A DNA stretch of 64,000 nt from NCBI GenBank assembly GCA_021108075.1, contig JAIORP010000150.1:3396-67395 (forward strand). The letters are read 5' to 3'. Under the pieces are notes generated by a model. The model had not been told where the DNA came from, did no database searches, and saw nothing but the letters and a program-made list of their open reading frames with translations. A program made the translations under genes and the position numbers. Origin of the DNA: Candidatus Omnitrophota bacterium. Its GTDB lineage: Bacteria; Omnitrophota; Gorgyraeia; Zapsychrales; Zapsychraceae. Below, in pieces: positions 40,292-51,066 of the stretch; position 1 is the first letter of the stretch, and the number at the start of each line of letters is the position of its first letter.

Positions 40292-40560
40292 GATCCCTCC
40301 ATTCGCTATACCTTTTTGTTCATATGATACCACGCGTCCCCTATTTATTTATAATATTATATATAAAATATAGGGACACAACAATTTTTTCTTTATGTTT
40401 TTTGCGATCGTGTTGCGAAGTGTGAGTTTGTCTGGCAGGTCTTGATGCATCATTATTATGTTATACCGATCACTAAATTAACTATAATAATAAAATTAAT
40501 ACATATAGAACTTAATAGTTTTAGGGTCATGTCCTCGAGTGAAATTCCCTATCTTCTTGA

Positions 40561-40589
40561 TTGACAGTTATTTTGAGGTATGTTAACAT
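40561..40589 (+). promoter_or_regulatory. sigma70 promoter of the acyltransferase operon
   Basis: TTGACA-N17-TAACAT. Confidence 0.55.
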
Positions 40590-40629
40590 ATTTTCACATT
40601 TATTGTTGGTCGATGAATTTCGGGGAATA

Positions 40630-40768
40630 TACCAATTCCATTAAATAATTGCCAAAAAATTCTCATCGGTTTTTGCGAATGCTTTTACGCAAATAGCGAG
40701 GAGAAATCAGAAGAATTATTTATTGGATTTGGTCTCGCTATTTGTTCAATTATTTAACGCAATTGGTA
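40630..40768. mobile_element. MITE family A copy with duplicated right end
   Basis: 40630-40733 is a close reverse complement of 5161-5264; a second TIR-like end finishes at 40768. Confidence 0.75.
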
Positions 40769-40774
40769 TTATCT

Positions 40775-41458
40775 ATGGAAACATTCACATTTCAGAAAGT
40801 TGATTTTGACGATAAAGAGTTGATGCAGCAAATATACCAGTTGCGTTTTCGGGTGTATTGCTATGAATGTGGCTTTATTAACGAAGCGGATTATCCTGAT
40901 CAAATTGAACGTGATGAATACGACCCGCAATCCGTGCATTTTGCCGCATTGAATGAACATCAAGAAGTGATTGGAACGATGCGTCTTATTTTAAATGGCG
41001 ATCTGTTCATGCCATTGGAACATCATTGCAAAGATATCCGTATTGATCAAGGTGATGTCCCCCGCGATAAAATAGCCGAGATCTCACGCCTGGTCATCAG
41101 CAAGGACTTAAGAAGACGTAAAAAGGATGAGCTTTATTATGAGCCGCAAGTCTCAGATGAATCGGTCAAGAACAAGGAAAACCATGTTTTTTTACGACGA
41201 GCGAAGCCGATGGCCTTTGGTCTCTATCGTGAAGTTTACCGTGAAAGCTTAATGCGGGATATTATTCATTGGTATGCCTTAATGGAAAAAAGTTTGTGGC
41301 TACTGCTGCATATTCATGGCTTTACGTTTGACGCTGTTGGCGCAGAAGTCGATGTGTATGGTCCTGTTAAGCCTTACTTGGGGCGTGTTGATAAAATAAA
41401 AGAAGAGGTTAAGAAGAAGTTTCCAGGATTTTTTGACTACTTTGCTGAAGGTGCGTAG
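40775..41458 (+). CDS. PEP-CTERM/exosortase-associated N-acyl amino acid synthase-like acyltransferase
   Basis: LRFRVYC-x-E-x-GF, E-x-DEYD-x-x-S-x-H, GT-x-RL, EISRL-x-I-x-x-x-x-RRR; likely start 40775. Confidence 0.82.
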   Translation: METFTFQKVDFDDKELMQQIYQLRFRVYCYECGFINEADYPDQIERDEYDPQSVHFAALNEHQEVIGTMRLILNGDLFMPLEHHCKDIRIDQGDVPRDKIAEISRLVISKDLRRRKKDELYYEPQVSDESVKNKENHVFLRRAKPMAFGLYREVYRESLMRDIIHWYALMEKSLWLLLHIHGFTFDAVGAEVDVYGPVKPYLGRVDKIKEEVKKKFPGFFDYFAEGA

Positions 41459-41508
41459 GTTTATTTTTTCGTTTTTCTCGAGGAAGAATTAAACTTGTTT
41501 GGGCAAAA

Positions 41509-44286
41509 ATGACATTCTTTAGAAGAATGCGGCCGGTTATGAAAATAGAAACGATTGTCTCCAATATTTATTCTGCCTTCACGCAAGTGGCTGGTACGTA
41601 TCCAACCACTCCAGCAATTTTGTTTAAAGACGACCATCGCTGGCAATCCATATCTTACCGGGAGCTTCATGGGCGAAGCAAAAAATTTGCGCAGTATTTA
41701 AAGAATCATTATGATATCAAGCCTGGTGATAAAGTTGGCGTCATGCTGGATAACCAATCCCAATATGCCGAGCAATTCTTTGGAACAATCGCTGCGTCCG
41801 GTGTTATTGTTGCCTTAGATGTCCAATACCCTAATCAGCAAGTCCGTGATATTTTAATGCATGCCGAGGCGAAGTTCTTAATCACTTCCTGTGACCATTA
41901 TCAGCGCGTAAGAAATGAATTGCCCCATCACCTTAAGGTGATACTTATCGATGATAAAGAGACCTGCCGTAAGGTCGCGGCTGAACCGGACAAAGACGTT
42001 TCGATGTCACATCCGGCGACGAGCACGTCATTAGCTGTTTTGTTTTATACTTCAGGGACAACGGAAGACCCGAAGGGTGTCATGTTGTCGCATGCTAATT
42101 TGCTGTCGAACATTGGGGCTATTGAAACGATAAAGATTGTCAAACACAATGATGTCGTGATTTCCATGTTGCCGCTTCATCATGCCTATGCGTTGACCAC
42201 GACGCTTTTAACTCCGCTATTGGTTGGCGCAACAGTCGCTTATCCTTCAGAAATTAATTCCGTGGAACTTCTCGCAACAATGCGGGATACACGCGCGAAT
42301 ATTTTTGTCGGAGTTCCGCAGGTTTTTTCTTTGATCTACCGCTCCGTGAATGATAAATTGGCCAAAGTTAAGGGTGCTAAAAAATTGTTGATTTCCGTAT
42401 TAGGAGGGCTGTTTTATCTTTTACGAAAATACACGGGGATTAATTTGAGCCGTTTGCTTTTTGCCGAAATGCATAAAACTTTTGGTAAAAGTTTGCGCTT
42501 CATGGTCTCCGGCGGCGCGAAGTTAGATAAGGAAGTAGGGTTAGGATTTTACCGTTGGGGATTTACTATTTTGGAAGGTTATGGTTTGACGGAAACGTCA
42601 CCCGTCGCTTCGTTTAACCTGCCGTCCAAATTTAAGATCGGTTCGGTTGGAACACCTCTGCCGAATGTGCAAATTGAGATACATCATCCGAATGAAGAGG
42701 GGATCGGCGAGGTCGCGATAAAAGGTCCGAATGTCATGCAGGGTTATTATCAAGCTGAAGAAAAAACCAAAGAGGTTATTCGGGACGGTTGGTTTTTTAG
42801 CGGAGATTTAGGCTATATTGACCAGGACGGATATGTTTTCTTAACCGGGCGGAAAAAGGAGATGATTGTATTAAGTTCAGGTAAAAATATTTATCCTGAA
42901 GAAGTGGAACACGCGTATATGAAGAGTCCGTATATTAAAGAGGTGGGCGTGCTGCAGGTCAAAGGCTCTGGCGTACTTGAGCATGTTGATCAACTTGTCG
43001 CGCTCATTGTGCCGTATGATGATTACTTTAAAGTGAAGAACGAGGGGAATTTACGTGACCGGCTTACATATGAAATTGATACGGTTTCTGCCGGTTTGCC
43101 AAGTTATAAGGCGATTAAGGGTTTTGTTGTATCCTCTGAACCTTTGCCGCGGACGCGTTTGGGTAAGTTGATGCGATATAAATTGTTTGGGGTTTATGAT
43201 AATCTTCAAAAGAAGCAACGTCCCCGGAGGGATCCAGAATCCACATCTTTAACCGGCCGTGGTGAGACTGCGGGCGCGGAATCGGCACTGGTTCAGGCTG
43301 CTTTGCTGTATTTAGAAGAAACGCTGAATAAGAAAGTTCACATGAATGATCATTTAGAATTGGATCTGGGGCTTGATTCATTAGGGCGCATCGAGATCCT
43401 TTTGGGGTTGCAGGGTAAATTGAATCTTGAGTTGGATGATGATGCGTCCATGAATTTTTACATGTGCAATACGGTCCAGGAGTTAGCGGATAAACTACAG
43501 AAGATCGTGCCGAATGGTTCCGCTGATCATGCATCAAATGATACGGATACGATTGGCCCGCAAGAGACCTGGTCGATGATGTTAACTGAAGAAGTGCCGC
43601 AAGAGATAAGGGCGCGTATTAAGTTTGAACAGAATATTTTTTCTAAGGCTTTTGCCCTCATGCTTGTTTTGCTGATTAAGTTGACGTTTAAATTGTTTTT
43701 TAGGTTGAAAGTTGAAGGCCGCGAAAATTTATCAGATGATAAACCTTTTATCATTTGTCCGAATCATTCCAGTTATTTGGATGCGTTGATCCTGATCGCC
43801 GCATTACCGTTAAAGATATTGTTTAAAACTTATTTTTTAGGTCTGAAAGAAGTACTGGATGAGATTTTTTTGGGGTCGTTCTTCACGGTGCTGCATATCA
43901 TCCCGATTGAAAGGAATTATGGGTTAGTGAATTCTTTAAAACTTTGTGCTTATGTCGTGAAGAATCAACGGTTGTTATGTTTTTTTCCTGAGGGCGAGCG
44001 TTCAGTCGATGGGGAGGTTAAGGCCTTCAAGAAAGGGATTGGTATTTTAATGCGTGAAATGTCTTCAGCGGTTGTGCCCGCGCATATTGCCGGGGCATTT
44101 GAAGCCTGGCCGAGGTATCGTAAATGGCCTCGATTTGTTCCGATTGAAATTAGATTTGGTGAAATGATTAAGCCGGATGAGATCGAGACAGCCTCGGACG
44201 AGGGTCGAGACGCTTATGACGTTATTGCTCAGCATATCCGCCTTGCCGTCATGGCATTGGCCGATGGCGGCAAGGCGAAAGCCTAA
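41509..44286 (+). CDS. acyl-AMP ligase + ACP + PlsC acyltransferase fusion
   Basis: YTSGTT-x-x-PKG, GYGLTE, SGDLG; LGLDSL (phosphopantetheine Ser); NHSSYLD and FPEG-x-RS. Alternative start 41539. Confidence 0.9.
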   Translation: MTFFRRMRPVMKIETIVSNIYSAFTQVAGTYPTTPAILFKDDHRWQSISYRELHGRSKKFAQYLKNHYDIKPGDKVGVMLDNQSQYAEQFFGTIAASGVIVALDVQYPNQQVRDILMHAEAKFLITSCDHYQRVRNELPHHLKVILIDDKETCRKVAAEPDKDVSMSHPATSTSLAVLFYTSGTTEDPKGVMLSHANLLSNIGAIETIKIVKHNDVVISMLPLHHAYALTTTLLTPLLVGATVAYPSEINSVELLATMRDTRANIFVGVPQVFSLIYRSVNDKLAKVKGAKKLLISVLGGLFYLLRKYTGINLSRLLFAEMHKTFGKSLRFMVSGGAKLDKEVGLGFYRWGFTILEGYGLTETSPVASFNLPSKFKIGSVGTPLPNVQIEIHHPNEEGIGEVAIKGPNVMQGYYQAEEKTKEVIRDGWFFSGDLGYIDQDGYVFLTGRKKEMIVLSSGKNIYPEEVEHAYMKSPYIKEVGVLQVKGSGVLEHVDQLVALIVPYDDYFKVKNEGNLRDRLTYEIDTVSAGLPSYKAIKGFVVSSEPLPRTRLGKLMRYKLFGVYDNLQKKQRPRRDPESTSLTGRGETAGAESALVQAALLYLEETLNKKVHMNDHLELDLGLDSLGRIEILLGLQGKLNLELDDDASMNFYMCNTVQELADKLQKIVPNGSADHASNDTDTIGPQETWSMMLTEEVPQEIRARIKFEQNIFSKAFALMLVLLIKLTFKLFFRLKVEGRENLSDDKPFIICPNHSSYLDALILIAALPLKILFKTYFLGLKEVLDEIFLGSFFTVLHIIPIERNYGLVNSLKLCAYVVKNQRLLCFFPEGERSVDGEVKAFKKGIGILMREMSSAVVPAHIAGAFEAWPRYRKWPRFVPIEIRFGEMIKPDEIETASDEGRDAYDVIAQHIRLAVMALADGGKAKA

Positions 44287-44440
44287 TCCTTGATTGTATG
44301 AAAGAAAATCAAGGATTAGGGGCAATCTGTTCTAAATTATTGAAAATAGTAGTTTTAACTCGTTGACACCATTTTGCATGTGTGTTAATATACAAATTAT
44401 TATTATTATTATTTAAATATATACTAAATAGGTAGGTTGC

Positions 44441-45319
44441 ATGAAGAAAAAAAAGTCATCCAATAAGCGTTTAATCCCTGTTTTACGTACAGCTTTGTTC
44501 TCCGTGTTTTCGCATAAAGAAATTTTCTGTCCCTTCCTGATTGTTGCCCTCGTTCAAGTTTTGTTCATCAGTGTTCTTTGTTTCTTGCCGCGGTATCCCC
44601 TGGTTAATTTCTTTGGTCCCATGATAGAGAAATTGCATGGTGACTTGTATTCGCATTATCCTTATTATTTAGAAGTTATGCCTAAGATTTTTCAAAAAAT
44701 TCAATATGGTGTTTTTATTCTTCTGAGCAGTTTAATGATCGGGTTTGCGATTAAAAATATTGCGGACTTAAATCAAGATATTGAAGTGAACCCGGGTAAA
44801 AATTTTCTTTATGCCCTTTCCCGATATGTTCATTTGCTGATGGGAAGTGTTATCCTTTTTACGATTTTCTTTTATGGCATGAGGCCCTTAGTTGGTATTC
44901 TTGTTGCCCGCGCGACAGAAATCCGGTCAACCTCGGGTCTATTTTACTATCTGAAAATGATTGTCCTCAGAGGGGCTTCGTTCTACATGTTGTTTCTGGG
45001 TGTTGTGACCACATCTGTTTTCGGCTTTTTGTATCCTTTGATTATTCTTGAAAAAAAGAATGTCTTTGTTGCTTTTTTTATAAACTTAAAGCGTATGTGG
45101 GGATCCTACTGGTTCGTTTTTTTTGTTGTTTTAACACCGTCCATTCTTTATGTGCCCCTTCTTCTGATACGTAATAATGTGACTGAGGTTGCGACAACCA
45201 TATTGCCTGAAATTCGGATTATTATGCTGTTTGCTAGCGTTATCCTGATATTCCTTATTGATTCAATTATATATACATCAATAACAACCTATTATTTATT
45301 AAAGAAAGAAAATTTATGA
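44441..45319 (+). CDS. integral membrane hypothetical protein
   Basis: About 6 hydrophobic helices; first gene of the regulatory operon. Confidence 0.7.
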   Translation: MKKKKSSNKRLIPVLRTALFSVFSHKEIFCPFLIVALVQVLFISVLCFLPRYPLVNFFGPMIEKLHGDLYSHYPYYLEVMPKIFQKIQYGVFILLSSLMIGFAIKNIADLNQDIEVNPGKNFLYALSRYVHLLMGSVILFTIFFYGMRPLVGILVARATEIRSTSGLFYYLKMIVLRGASFYMLFLGVVTTSVFGFLYPLIILEKKNVFVAFFINLKRMWGSYWFVFFVVLTPSILYVPLLLIRNNVTEVATTILPEIRIIMLFASVILIFLIDSIIYTSITTYYLLKKENL

Positions 45320-46218
45320 AAAAGACTATTTTATTTCTTATTATTTTGATTATCGGTGTGTATGTTTCTTTGAGTTTTTTGGCGAAAAATGATGATTATG
45401 CCATCGAAAAAATACTGTGGGGGCTGAATAATGAAATCATTGACCTCGCCAAAGACCCTAAAGCTGTGCCGCCGGATCAATTTGACAGTGTGATCGAACG
45501 TTGCCGGAAAGTCATTGCTGAATATCCCGATTCAAAGATTATTTTGAAGCCATATCTTGATGTGGCACGCCTATACACGCTTAAGGAGGATTATGCGACA
45601 TCCCGCATTGAGTATGCCAGAGCGATTGATAATTTTGAGGAGAATCACGAAGTTGTCGCCGGCATTATGTCATCAATTGGCAGGACTTATGAAATGGAAG
45701 AGAATTGGAAATCTGCCAATGAGGTCTATCAAAGAATAATAAAAGATTATTCCGGTACGCGTGTAGGTTTGAATATGCCACTTTATATTGCGTATCATTA
45801 TCGTCAATTAAACGATTACACCCATACTGTCGAGTCATTTCAAGCTGCCATCAACCATTATCGTTCATTAATAAATAAACATCCTGATACCCTTCTGGCG
45901 TTTAGATCTTACAACAATTTAGCCAGGACGTACCTTGATCAGATGCGTTGGGAAGATGGTTTAAAGGTCTATGGGGAGATATTAACTGTGTATGCCGTAC
46001 CTAAAAAGATACCAGCACAGCGTGCCCAAAATATTATAAAAACGATGAATACCATTTCAGCTGCTAAATTAAAAAATTTTAATATCGTGACTGAAATTTT
46101 TAATCAAATTATGATTGAAAATCCTGATCATGAAATGACAAAATATTTGAATATCCTTGTTCAATCCTTGGGTGAACTAGAAAAAAAAGCTGCTGAGGCT
46201 GCAAGTAAAAAGAAATGA
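45316..46218 (+). CDS. membrane-anchored TPR protein
   Basis: N-terminal TM, repeated A-x-x-x-Y-x-x-x-I-x-x-YP helical motifs. Confidence 0.8.
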   Translation: MKKTILFLIILIIGVYVSLSFLAKNDDYAIEKILWGLNNEIIDLAKDPKAVPPDQFDSVIERCRKVIAEYPDSKIILKPYLDVARLYTLKEDYATSRIEYARAIDNFEENHEVVAGIMSSIGRTYEMEENWKSANEVYQRIIKDYSGTRVGLNMPLYIAYHYRQLNDYTHTVESFQAAINHYRSLINKHPDTLLAFRSYNNLARTYLDQMRWEDGLKVYGEILTVYAVPKKIPAQRAQNIIKTMNTISAAKLKNFNIVTEIFNQIMIENPDHEMTKYLNILVQSLGELEKKAAEAASKKK

Positions 46219-47510
46219 ATTCTTCAGATGATAACACAATATTTCAAGGGATTACCCAAATCTCTCTTTTTAGCCAGATTAGCGACATTTGTGCTGCCGT
46301 TAATGTTGTCACTTCAGAAGAAGAGCTTCTTCAGGTATCTTTACACAAAACAGTGGAACTGTTTCAAGCCACCCGTGGTTCAATTTTTATCTTAAATGAA
46401 GCGAGCAATAACCTTGTCCTTAAAGTCGCTGAAGGAATGGAACGAGAAGAAGAAGAACAGATGGTTAAAAAGATGGGGGAAGGTATCGTCGGTGTCGTTG
46501 CCCTGTCCAAGAAACCCATTTTTGTGACCGACATCGCAAAAGATGAACGATTTGAAAATTTTAAATCAAGAAGCAGTTATACGACACCTTCATTTATTTG
46601 TTCGCCCTTAATGGTGAAAGATTCGTTAATCGGGGTGATTAATATTGCTGACAAGGAAGGGGGACAACTATTCAAGAAACATGAAATGATGTTGCTTGAT
46701 TTTTTGTCTAGTCAGATCGCCCTTAATTTTAGACGGACAATTCTTTATCAAGACTTTAATAAAGTATTGCAAGAGACTATAAACTTAAAAGATAAGCTTG
46801 GTCAAAGCGACCAGGAAGCAGAACATTTAAAGAAACAGATATCCATTCAGGAAAAGTTTGCCTCTATTGGTAAACTAGCCGGTGGAATAGCGCATGAATT
46901 CAATAATCCATTGGATGGAGTGATGCGCTACACAAACTTATGTTTAGATCACATCAAAGATGATGAAGTCGTTCGTGGGTATTTATTAGAAATTAAACAT
47001 GGATTAAACCGGATGGCAAACATTGTCAAGAATCTTCTGGCCTGTTCCCGCAACGTTGCTGTTCAGAGTGAGAAAATAGATTTTAATCTAGCATTAGAAA
47101 GATCGCTCAGCAGCATTGATCCTGAATGCATGAAAAATAATATTTCGGTCGTAAAAGAAATTCAGGAAAATATGCTCTCCATCAAGAATTTCGGGCTAGA
47201 ACGAATCATTATCAACCTTATTCGCAACGCGATTGATGCGATGAAATCAGGGGGGAAAATTATTATTTCAGCATGGCAAAATCAAAACACGTTAAAATTT
47301 TCTGTCTCGGATCAGGGCTCGGGCATCGCGTATGACAATATTGATAAAATATTTGATCCGTTTTTTACAACCAAAGACATTGATAAGGGTTGCGGGTTAG
47401 GGTTGACGGTCGTCGGTGAGATCGTTAAGGCATACGATGGCAAGATCGATGTCGAAAGTCAACCTGAAAAAGGAACGACATTTACTATTACCTTGCCTTA
47501 TAAGGATTAA
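46215..47510 (+). CDS. GAF-domain sensor histidine kinase
   Basis: GEGIVG-x-VA GAF; GIAHEFNNPL H-box; NAIDA, D-x-G-x-GI, PFFTTK, G-x-GLGL. Confidence 0.92.
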   Translation: MNSSDDNTIFQGITQISLFSQISDICAAVNVVTSEEELLQVSLHKTVELFQATRGSIFILNEASNNLVLKVAEGMEREEEEQMVKKMGEGIVGVVALSKKPIFVTDIAKDERFENFKSRSSYTTPSFICSPLMVKDSLIGVINIADKEGGQLFKKHEMMLLDFLSSQIALNFRRTILYQDFNKVLQETINLKDKLGQSDQEAEHLKKQISIQEKFASIGKLAGGIAHEFNNPLDGVMRYTNLCLDHIKDDEVVRGYLLEIKHGLNRMANIVKNLLACSRNVAVQSEKIDFNLALERSLSSIDPECMKNNISVVKEIQENMLSIKNFGLERIIINLIRNAIDAMKSGGKIIISAWQNQNTLKFSVSDQGSGIAYDNIDKIFDPFFTTKDIDKGCGLGLTVVGEIVKAYDGKIDVESQPEKGTTFTITLPYKD

Positions 47511-47515
47511 CAGCT

Positions 47516-48913
47516 ATGACAATGTCTAAGAAAGATGTCAGCATATTAATCGTTGATGATGAACCACTCATTCGTGAGTCTTTATATGAGATCCTTCGGA
47601 TTGATGGATATTGTGTCCAAATGGCATCCACCGCCGAGGAAGCTTTGCAAACATTGGAAAGAGGGAAAATTGATATTATCGTCACTGATTTTAAACTTCC
47701 TAAAATGAGTGGGATGGAGTTGTTGGAGCAAATTAAAACAGCAGACAGTTCAGTCGATATTATTATGATGACAGGGTATGGCTCGATAGAGATGGCGGTC
47801 GACGCCATGAAAAAAGGAGCCTACGACTACATTACTAAGCCCATTAATGATAGCGAAATAAAAATTATTATTAATAAAATTGTTGAGAAGAAAAAAATTC
47901 TTCGAGAGAATCAGACCCTTAAGGAAATTATTGCTAAAGAACATCCTGTCTCTTTTGGCGGGATGATTGGCGCGAGTGAGAGCATGCGGCAAGTTTACAA
48001 TATTATCGAGTCTGTCGCAAGCACAAACGCCACGATCTTAGTTTCCGGTGAAAGTGGAACGGGTAAGGGCCTCGTTGCCAGGGCGATTCATGACAATGAT
48101 AAATACCGTAAGGACAGACCGTTTGTAGAAATAAGTTGTGGGGCCCTCTCAGAAACTTTGTTGGAAAGCGAATTGTTCGGACACATGAAGGGGGCCTTTA
48201 CCGGCGCGATTAAAGATAAGGAAGGCCGTTTTGAATACGCGCGCAGTGGAACTATTTTTTTAGATGAAATTGATGCGTTTTCTCCTAATTTGCAGGTCAA
48301 ATTGTTGAGGGTTTTGCAGGACGGCATCTTCGAACGCGTTGGGGATAATATCACCCGCAAAGCAGATGCCCGTATTATTGTCGCAACAAACCAATTTTTA
48401 CCCGATTTAGTTGAAGAGGGCGCGTTCCGTGAAGACTTATATTACCGCATCAATGTCATTGCCATTCGTATGCCTCCCTTGCGACAAAGAAAAGATGATA
48501 TTGAATCGTTGGTCTCACACTTTATTAAAAAGTATAGTTCCGCAAACAATAAAAAGGTTCTTAACCTGTCTGAACAAGTTCTGGGTTTGTTTAAGCAGTA
48601 CAATTGGCCAGGTAATATCCGTGAATTAGAGAACGCCATTGAGGGGGCTGTTATCATGGCAAAGACGGAAGTTGTCAATAAGTGGGATATTCCCCACCTG
48701 TCCAAGTTTAAAAGCCTTGGGAAAAAACCATCAGATGATAAAAACTTAAAAAAAGTCGTTGAACAACCAGAGCGAGATCACATCGTTTCAATATTAGAAG
48801 AGTGTGATTGGAACCGTAGCAAAGCCGCCACAGCTTTAGGTATTAATCGAACAACATTGTATAACAAAATGAAAAAATACGGTATAACCGAAAAAAGATC
48901 GAGGGGCTTATGA
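47516..48913 (+). CDS. NtrC-family sigma54 response regulator
   Basis: Receiver domain; GESGTGK, ESELFGH-x-KGAFTGA, FREDLYYR, WPGNIREL; Fis HTH. Confidence 0.95.
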   Translation: MTMSKKDVSILIVDDEPLIRESLYEILRIDGYCVQMASTAEEALQTLERGKIDIIVTDFKLPKMSGMELLEQIKTADSSVDIIMMTGYGSIEMAVDAMKKGAYDYITKPINDSEIKIIINKIVEKKKILRENQTLKEIIAKEHPVSFGGMIGASESMRQVYNIIESVASTNATILVSGESGTGKGLVARAIHDNDKYRKDRPFVEISCGALSETLLESELFGHMKGAFTGAIKDKEGRFEYARSGTIFLDEIDAFSPNLQVKLLRVLQDGIFERVGDNITRKADARIIVATNQFLPDLVEEGAFREDLYYRINVIAIRMPPLRQRKDDIESLVSHFIKKYSSANNKKVLNLSEQVLGLFKQYNWPGNIRELENAIEGAVIMAKTEVVNKWDIPHLSKFKSLGKKPSDDKNLKKVVEQPERDHIVSILEECDWNRSKAATALGINRTTLYNKMKKYGITEKRSRGL

Positions 48914-49920
48914 AACCCGAAAGAAGACGATCCTTGATACAAGAAATTGTTCAGAAAGATAAGTATCTAAGCCGAATTATGTCTCACCTGATTGATGTTT
49001 TGCGTGTGTATATGTTCATCGTTGATCAAGATGGAAAAATTCTTTGGGAGTCAGACCATAAAAGGTATGGCGCTACTTTTTTATTAGACCATATTTTAGG
49101 CTGCCATATTCAGTCTGAGCACACGACCTCTATGAAGCATTTTCACCGCCGGGGCCATTATTTCGAATGTGGCAATCATCTTTTTGTCCATTGTTTTTCA
49201 ATTCCAATTTTTTATGATACCGCGGATCCGATTGGATATATCATTATCGGTCCAGTTGTTTTAAATAAGCGGCTTAGTAATGAGGAGTACCGAAAAATTG
49301 CCGACCAACATGGAATTCCGGCGCAACAATTCATTGATACCGTTAGTGAAATTAAAGTTGTGTCAAATTTAATGATGAATTCTATTCTCGATCTTATCAA
49401 GGAAATCACGGAAGATAATATCAAGAATTTTGTTAAAACTCTTCCTTCGATGGAAGGCATGATGCCCTCCCCGGGGAGCGCATCTGGTTCGGCTTCAGCG
49501 ATTTCAGCGCAGGAGTTGCTTGAACATGTTCTGGCTGTTGCCTTGCAAATGACAAATGCTGAATGCGGTTCCATCATGTTGATCGACTCCAAACGAAAGG
49601 AGTTGGAGGTTCGTGCGATCAAAGGCGTTGATCTTCAGGACCTTCCGCAGATGAAAGTCAAATTGGGCGAGGGGCTTGCAGGCTTAGTCGCGCAAGAAAA
49701 GAACCCGATCTTGATTTCAGAGGATCAAACGGATGAAAGAATCGCGCATTTATTAAAACGCCCGGAGATTAAAAAATCATTTATTATGCCGCTGTGTGTT
49801 AAGGATCAATTGCTGGGAGTTTTAAACCTCCATAGTAAGCGCAGCAAGAATGTCATCAAGAAAAAGAGCATCGAGTTTTTACCATATTTGGCGAATTTAT
49901 TGTCACCGATATTGAATTGA
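48910..49920 (+). CDS. PocR-like plus GAF sensor protein with no output domain
   Basis: C...F-x-IPI...IGYIIIGP (PocR-like); GEGLAG-x-VA and LGVLNL (GAF). Confidence 0.65.
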   Translation: MKPERRRSLIQEIVQKDKYLSRIMSHLIDVLRVYMFIVDQDGKILWESDHKRYGATFLLDHILGCHIQSEHTTSMKHFHRRGHYFECGNHLFVHCFSIPIFYDTADPIGYIIIGPVVLNKRLSNEEYRKIADQHGIPAQQFIDTVSEIKVVSNLMMNSILDLIKEITEDNIKNFVKTLPSMEGMMPSPGSASGSASAISAQELLEHVLAVALQMTNAECGSIMLIDSKRKELEVRAIKGVDLQDLPQMKVKLGEGLAGLVAQEKNPILISEDQTDERIAHLLKRPEIKKSFIMPLCVKDQLLGVLNLHSKRSKNVIKKKSIEFLPYLANLLSPILN

Positions 49921-49967
49921 CGGTGTCGTGTTAAGCAATGTCGAGGAAGAAATCAAAGAGGTGATCT

Positions 49968-50741
49968 ATGTCTAAAAGAATTTTAGTCGTGGATGATGAG
50001 AAGGATGTTTCCTATGTCATGGAAAAAAAATTAACGCGAGTTGGATATTCTGTCGCATTAGCCAATGATGGTCAGACGGCTTTAAATATGGCTAAGAGGG
50101 GCGGTATTGACTTGATCATCACAGACATCATCATGCCGGTGATGGACGGATATACTTTTTACAAAGAATTAAAAAATTGTGCAGCGACAAAAGATATTCC
50201 TGTCATTGTTGTTACCGGTCGAGTCGGAATGGAAGATTCTTTGAACGCTGTGGGTGTTGATAGGGTTTTAAAGAAACCATTTGATATCGATGATGATCTG
50301 GTTGACATGGTCAGCGATTTAATCCGGTTATCAAAGAAGTCTAAAAAACAAAAAAAAGCATTGGTCTATTCTAAGTATAGTAAAATTTCCCAGGAAATGT
50401 CTTTGTTGCTGGAACAACGAGGGGTTAAGGTATCAAAAGCTTTTGATGGTGCGGACTTTTTGGCTAAATCGTTAACCTTTGTCCCTAACTTGGTCCTCCT
50501 GGATATTCTTATTGAAGATATTTCTTGTCCTGAGTTGATCAGGGCGATGAAATGTTTCTTTAGGCTGCGCGACGTCGACATTGTTTTGTTTACTTTTTTT
50601 ACGGAAGATATGTTGGGCGATGTTGACACGATTGAACAGTTAAAGGAAAGTAAGGACCGTTGTTTAGAATCCGGGGCAACGAAATATATCGGCCGTTTTA
50701 GCCGGGCTAATTTTATCGGGAATGTTGAGCCCTTTTTGTGA
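49968..50741 (+). CDS. tandem receiver-domain response regulator
   Basis: ILVVDDE, TDIIMPVMDG, KP; second degenerate receiver (P-x-LVLLDI). Confidence 0.85.
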   Translation: MSKRILVVDDEKDVSYVMEKKLTRVGYSVALANDGQTALNMAKRGGIDLIITDIIMPVMDGYTFYKELKNCAATKDIPVIVVTGRVGMEDSLNAVGVDRVLKKPFDIDDDLVDMVSDLIRLSKKSKKQKKALVYSKYSKISQEMSLLLEQRGVKVSKAFDGADFLAKSLTFVPNLVLLDILIEDISCPELIRAMKCFFRLRDVDIVLFTFFTEDMLGDVDTIEQLKESKDRCLESGATKYIGRFSRANFIGNVEPFL

Positions 50742-50966
50742 TCGTTCGTTCTCAGAGGAATTTTTGGGGGATTCTTCAAGTTTTTTTAATAAAAATTTTC
50801 TGCCGTTCTGTCAATCCTAAATGATTGAAAAACAACATGTTGTGTCTCTATCCAATAGGACAACTCTTATCCTGTGCTTTGAGATGTTTGCTTTTTTTTT
50901 AAAAATATACAATACTATAACTATATATACTTATTATTCTATATCTATATAATTTTATTAAAATTA

Positions 50967-51062
50967 TACATTGGTATAATTACAAAGACCGATTCTGCTT
51001 TTCTCGACGCTATGGCAAGAATATCAGAATTGAAATAGAACAATTCATTAATGGATTTGGTA
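50967..51062. mobile_element. MITE family A copy (degenerate left end)
   Basis: Shares TTCTGCTTTTC and AGAATTGAAATAGAACAATTCATTAATG with the 7158 copy; TTA on both sides. Confidence 0.75.
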
Positions 51063-51066
51063 TTAA

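Noticed and set aside
40336-40377. GTCCCCTAT...ATAGGGAC palindrome as another REP copy
   Set aside because: Only the short core matches and the arm orientation is reversed relative to the four copies; insufficient support.
40742-40774. ORF-track start of the acyltransferase at 40742
   Set aside because: This extension is MITE sequence; ATG 40775 is the more plausible start.
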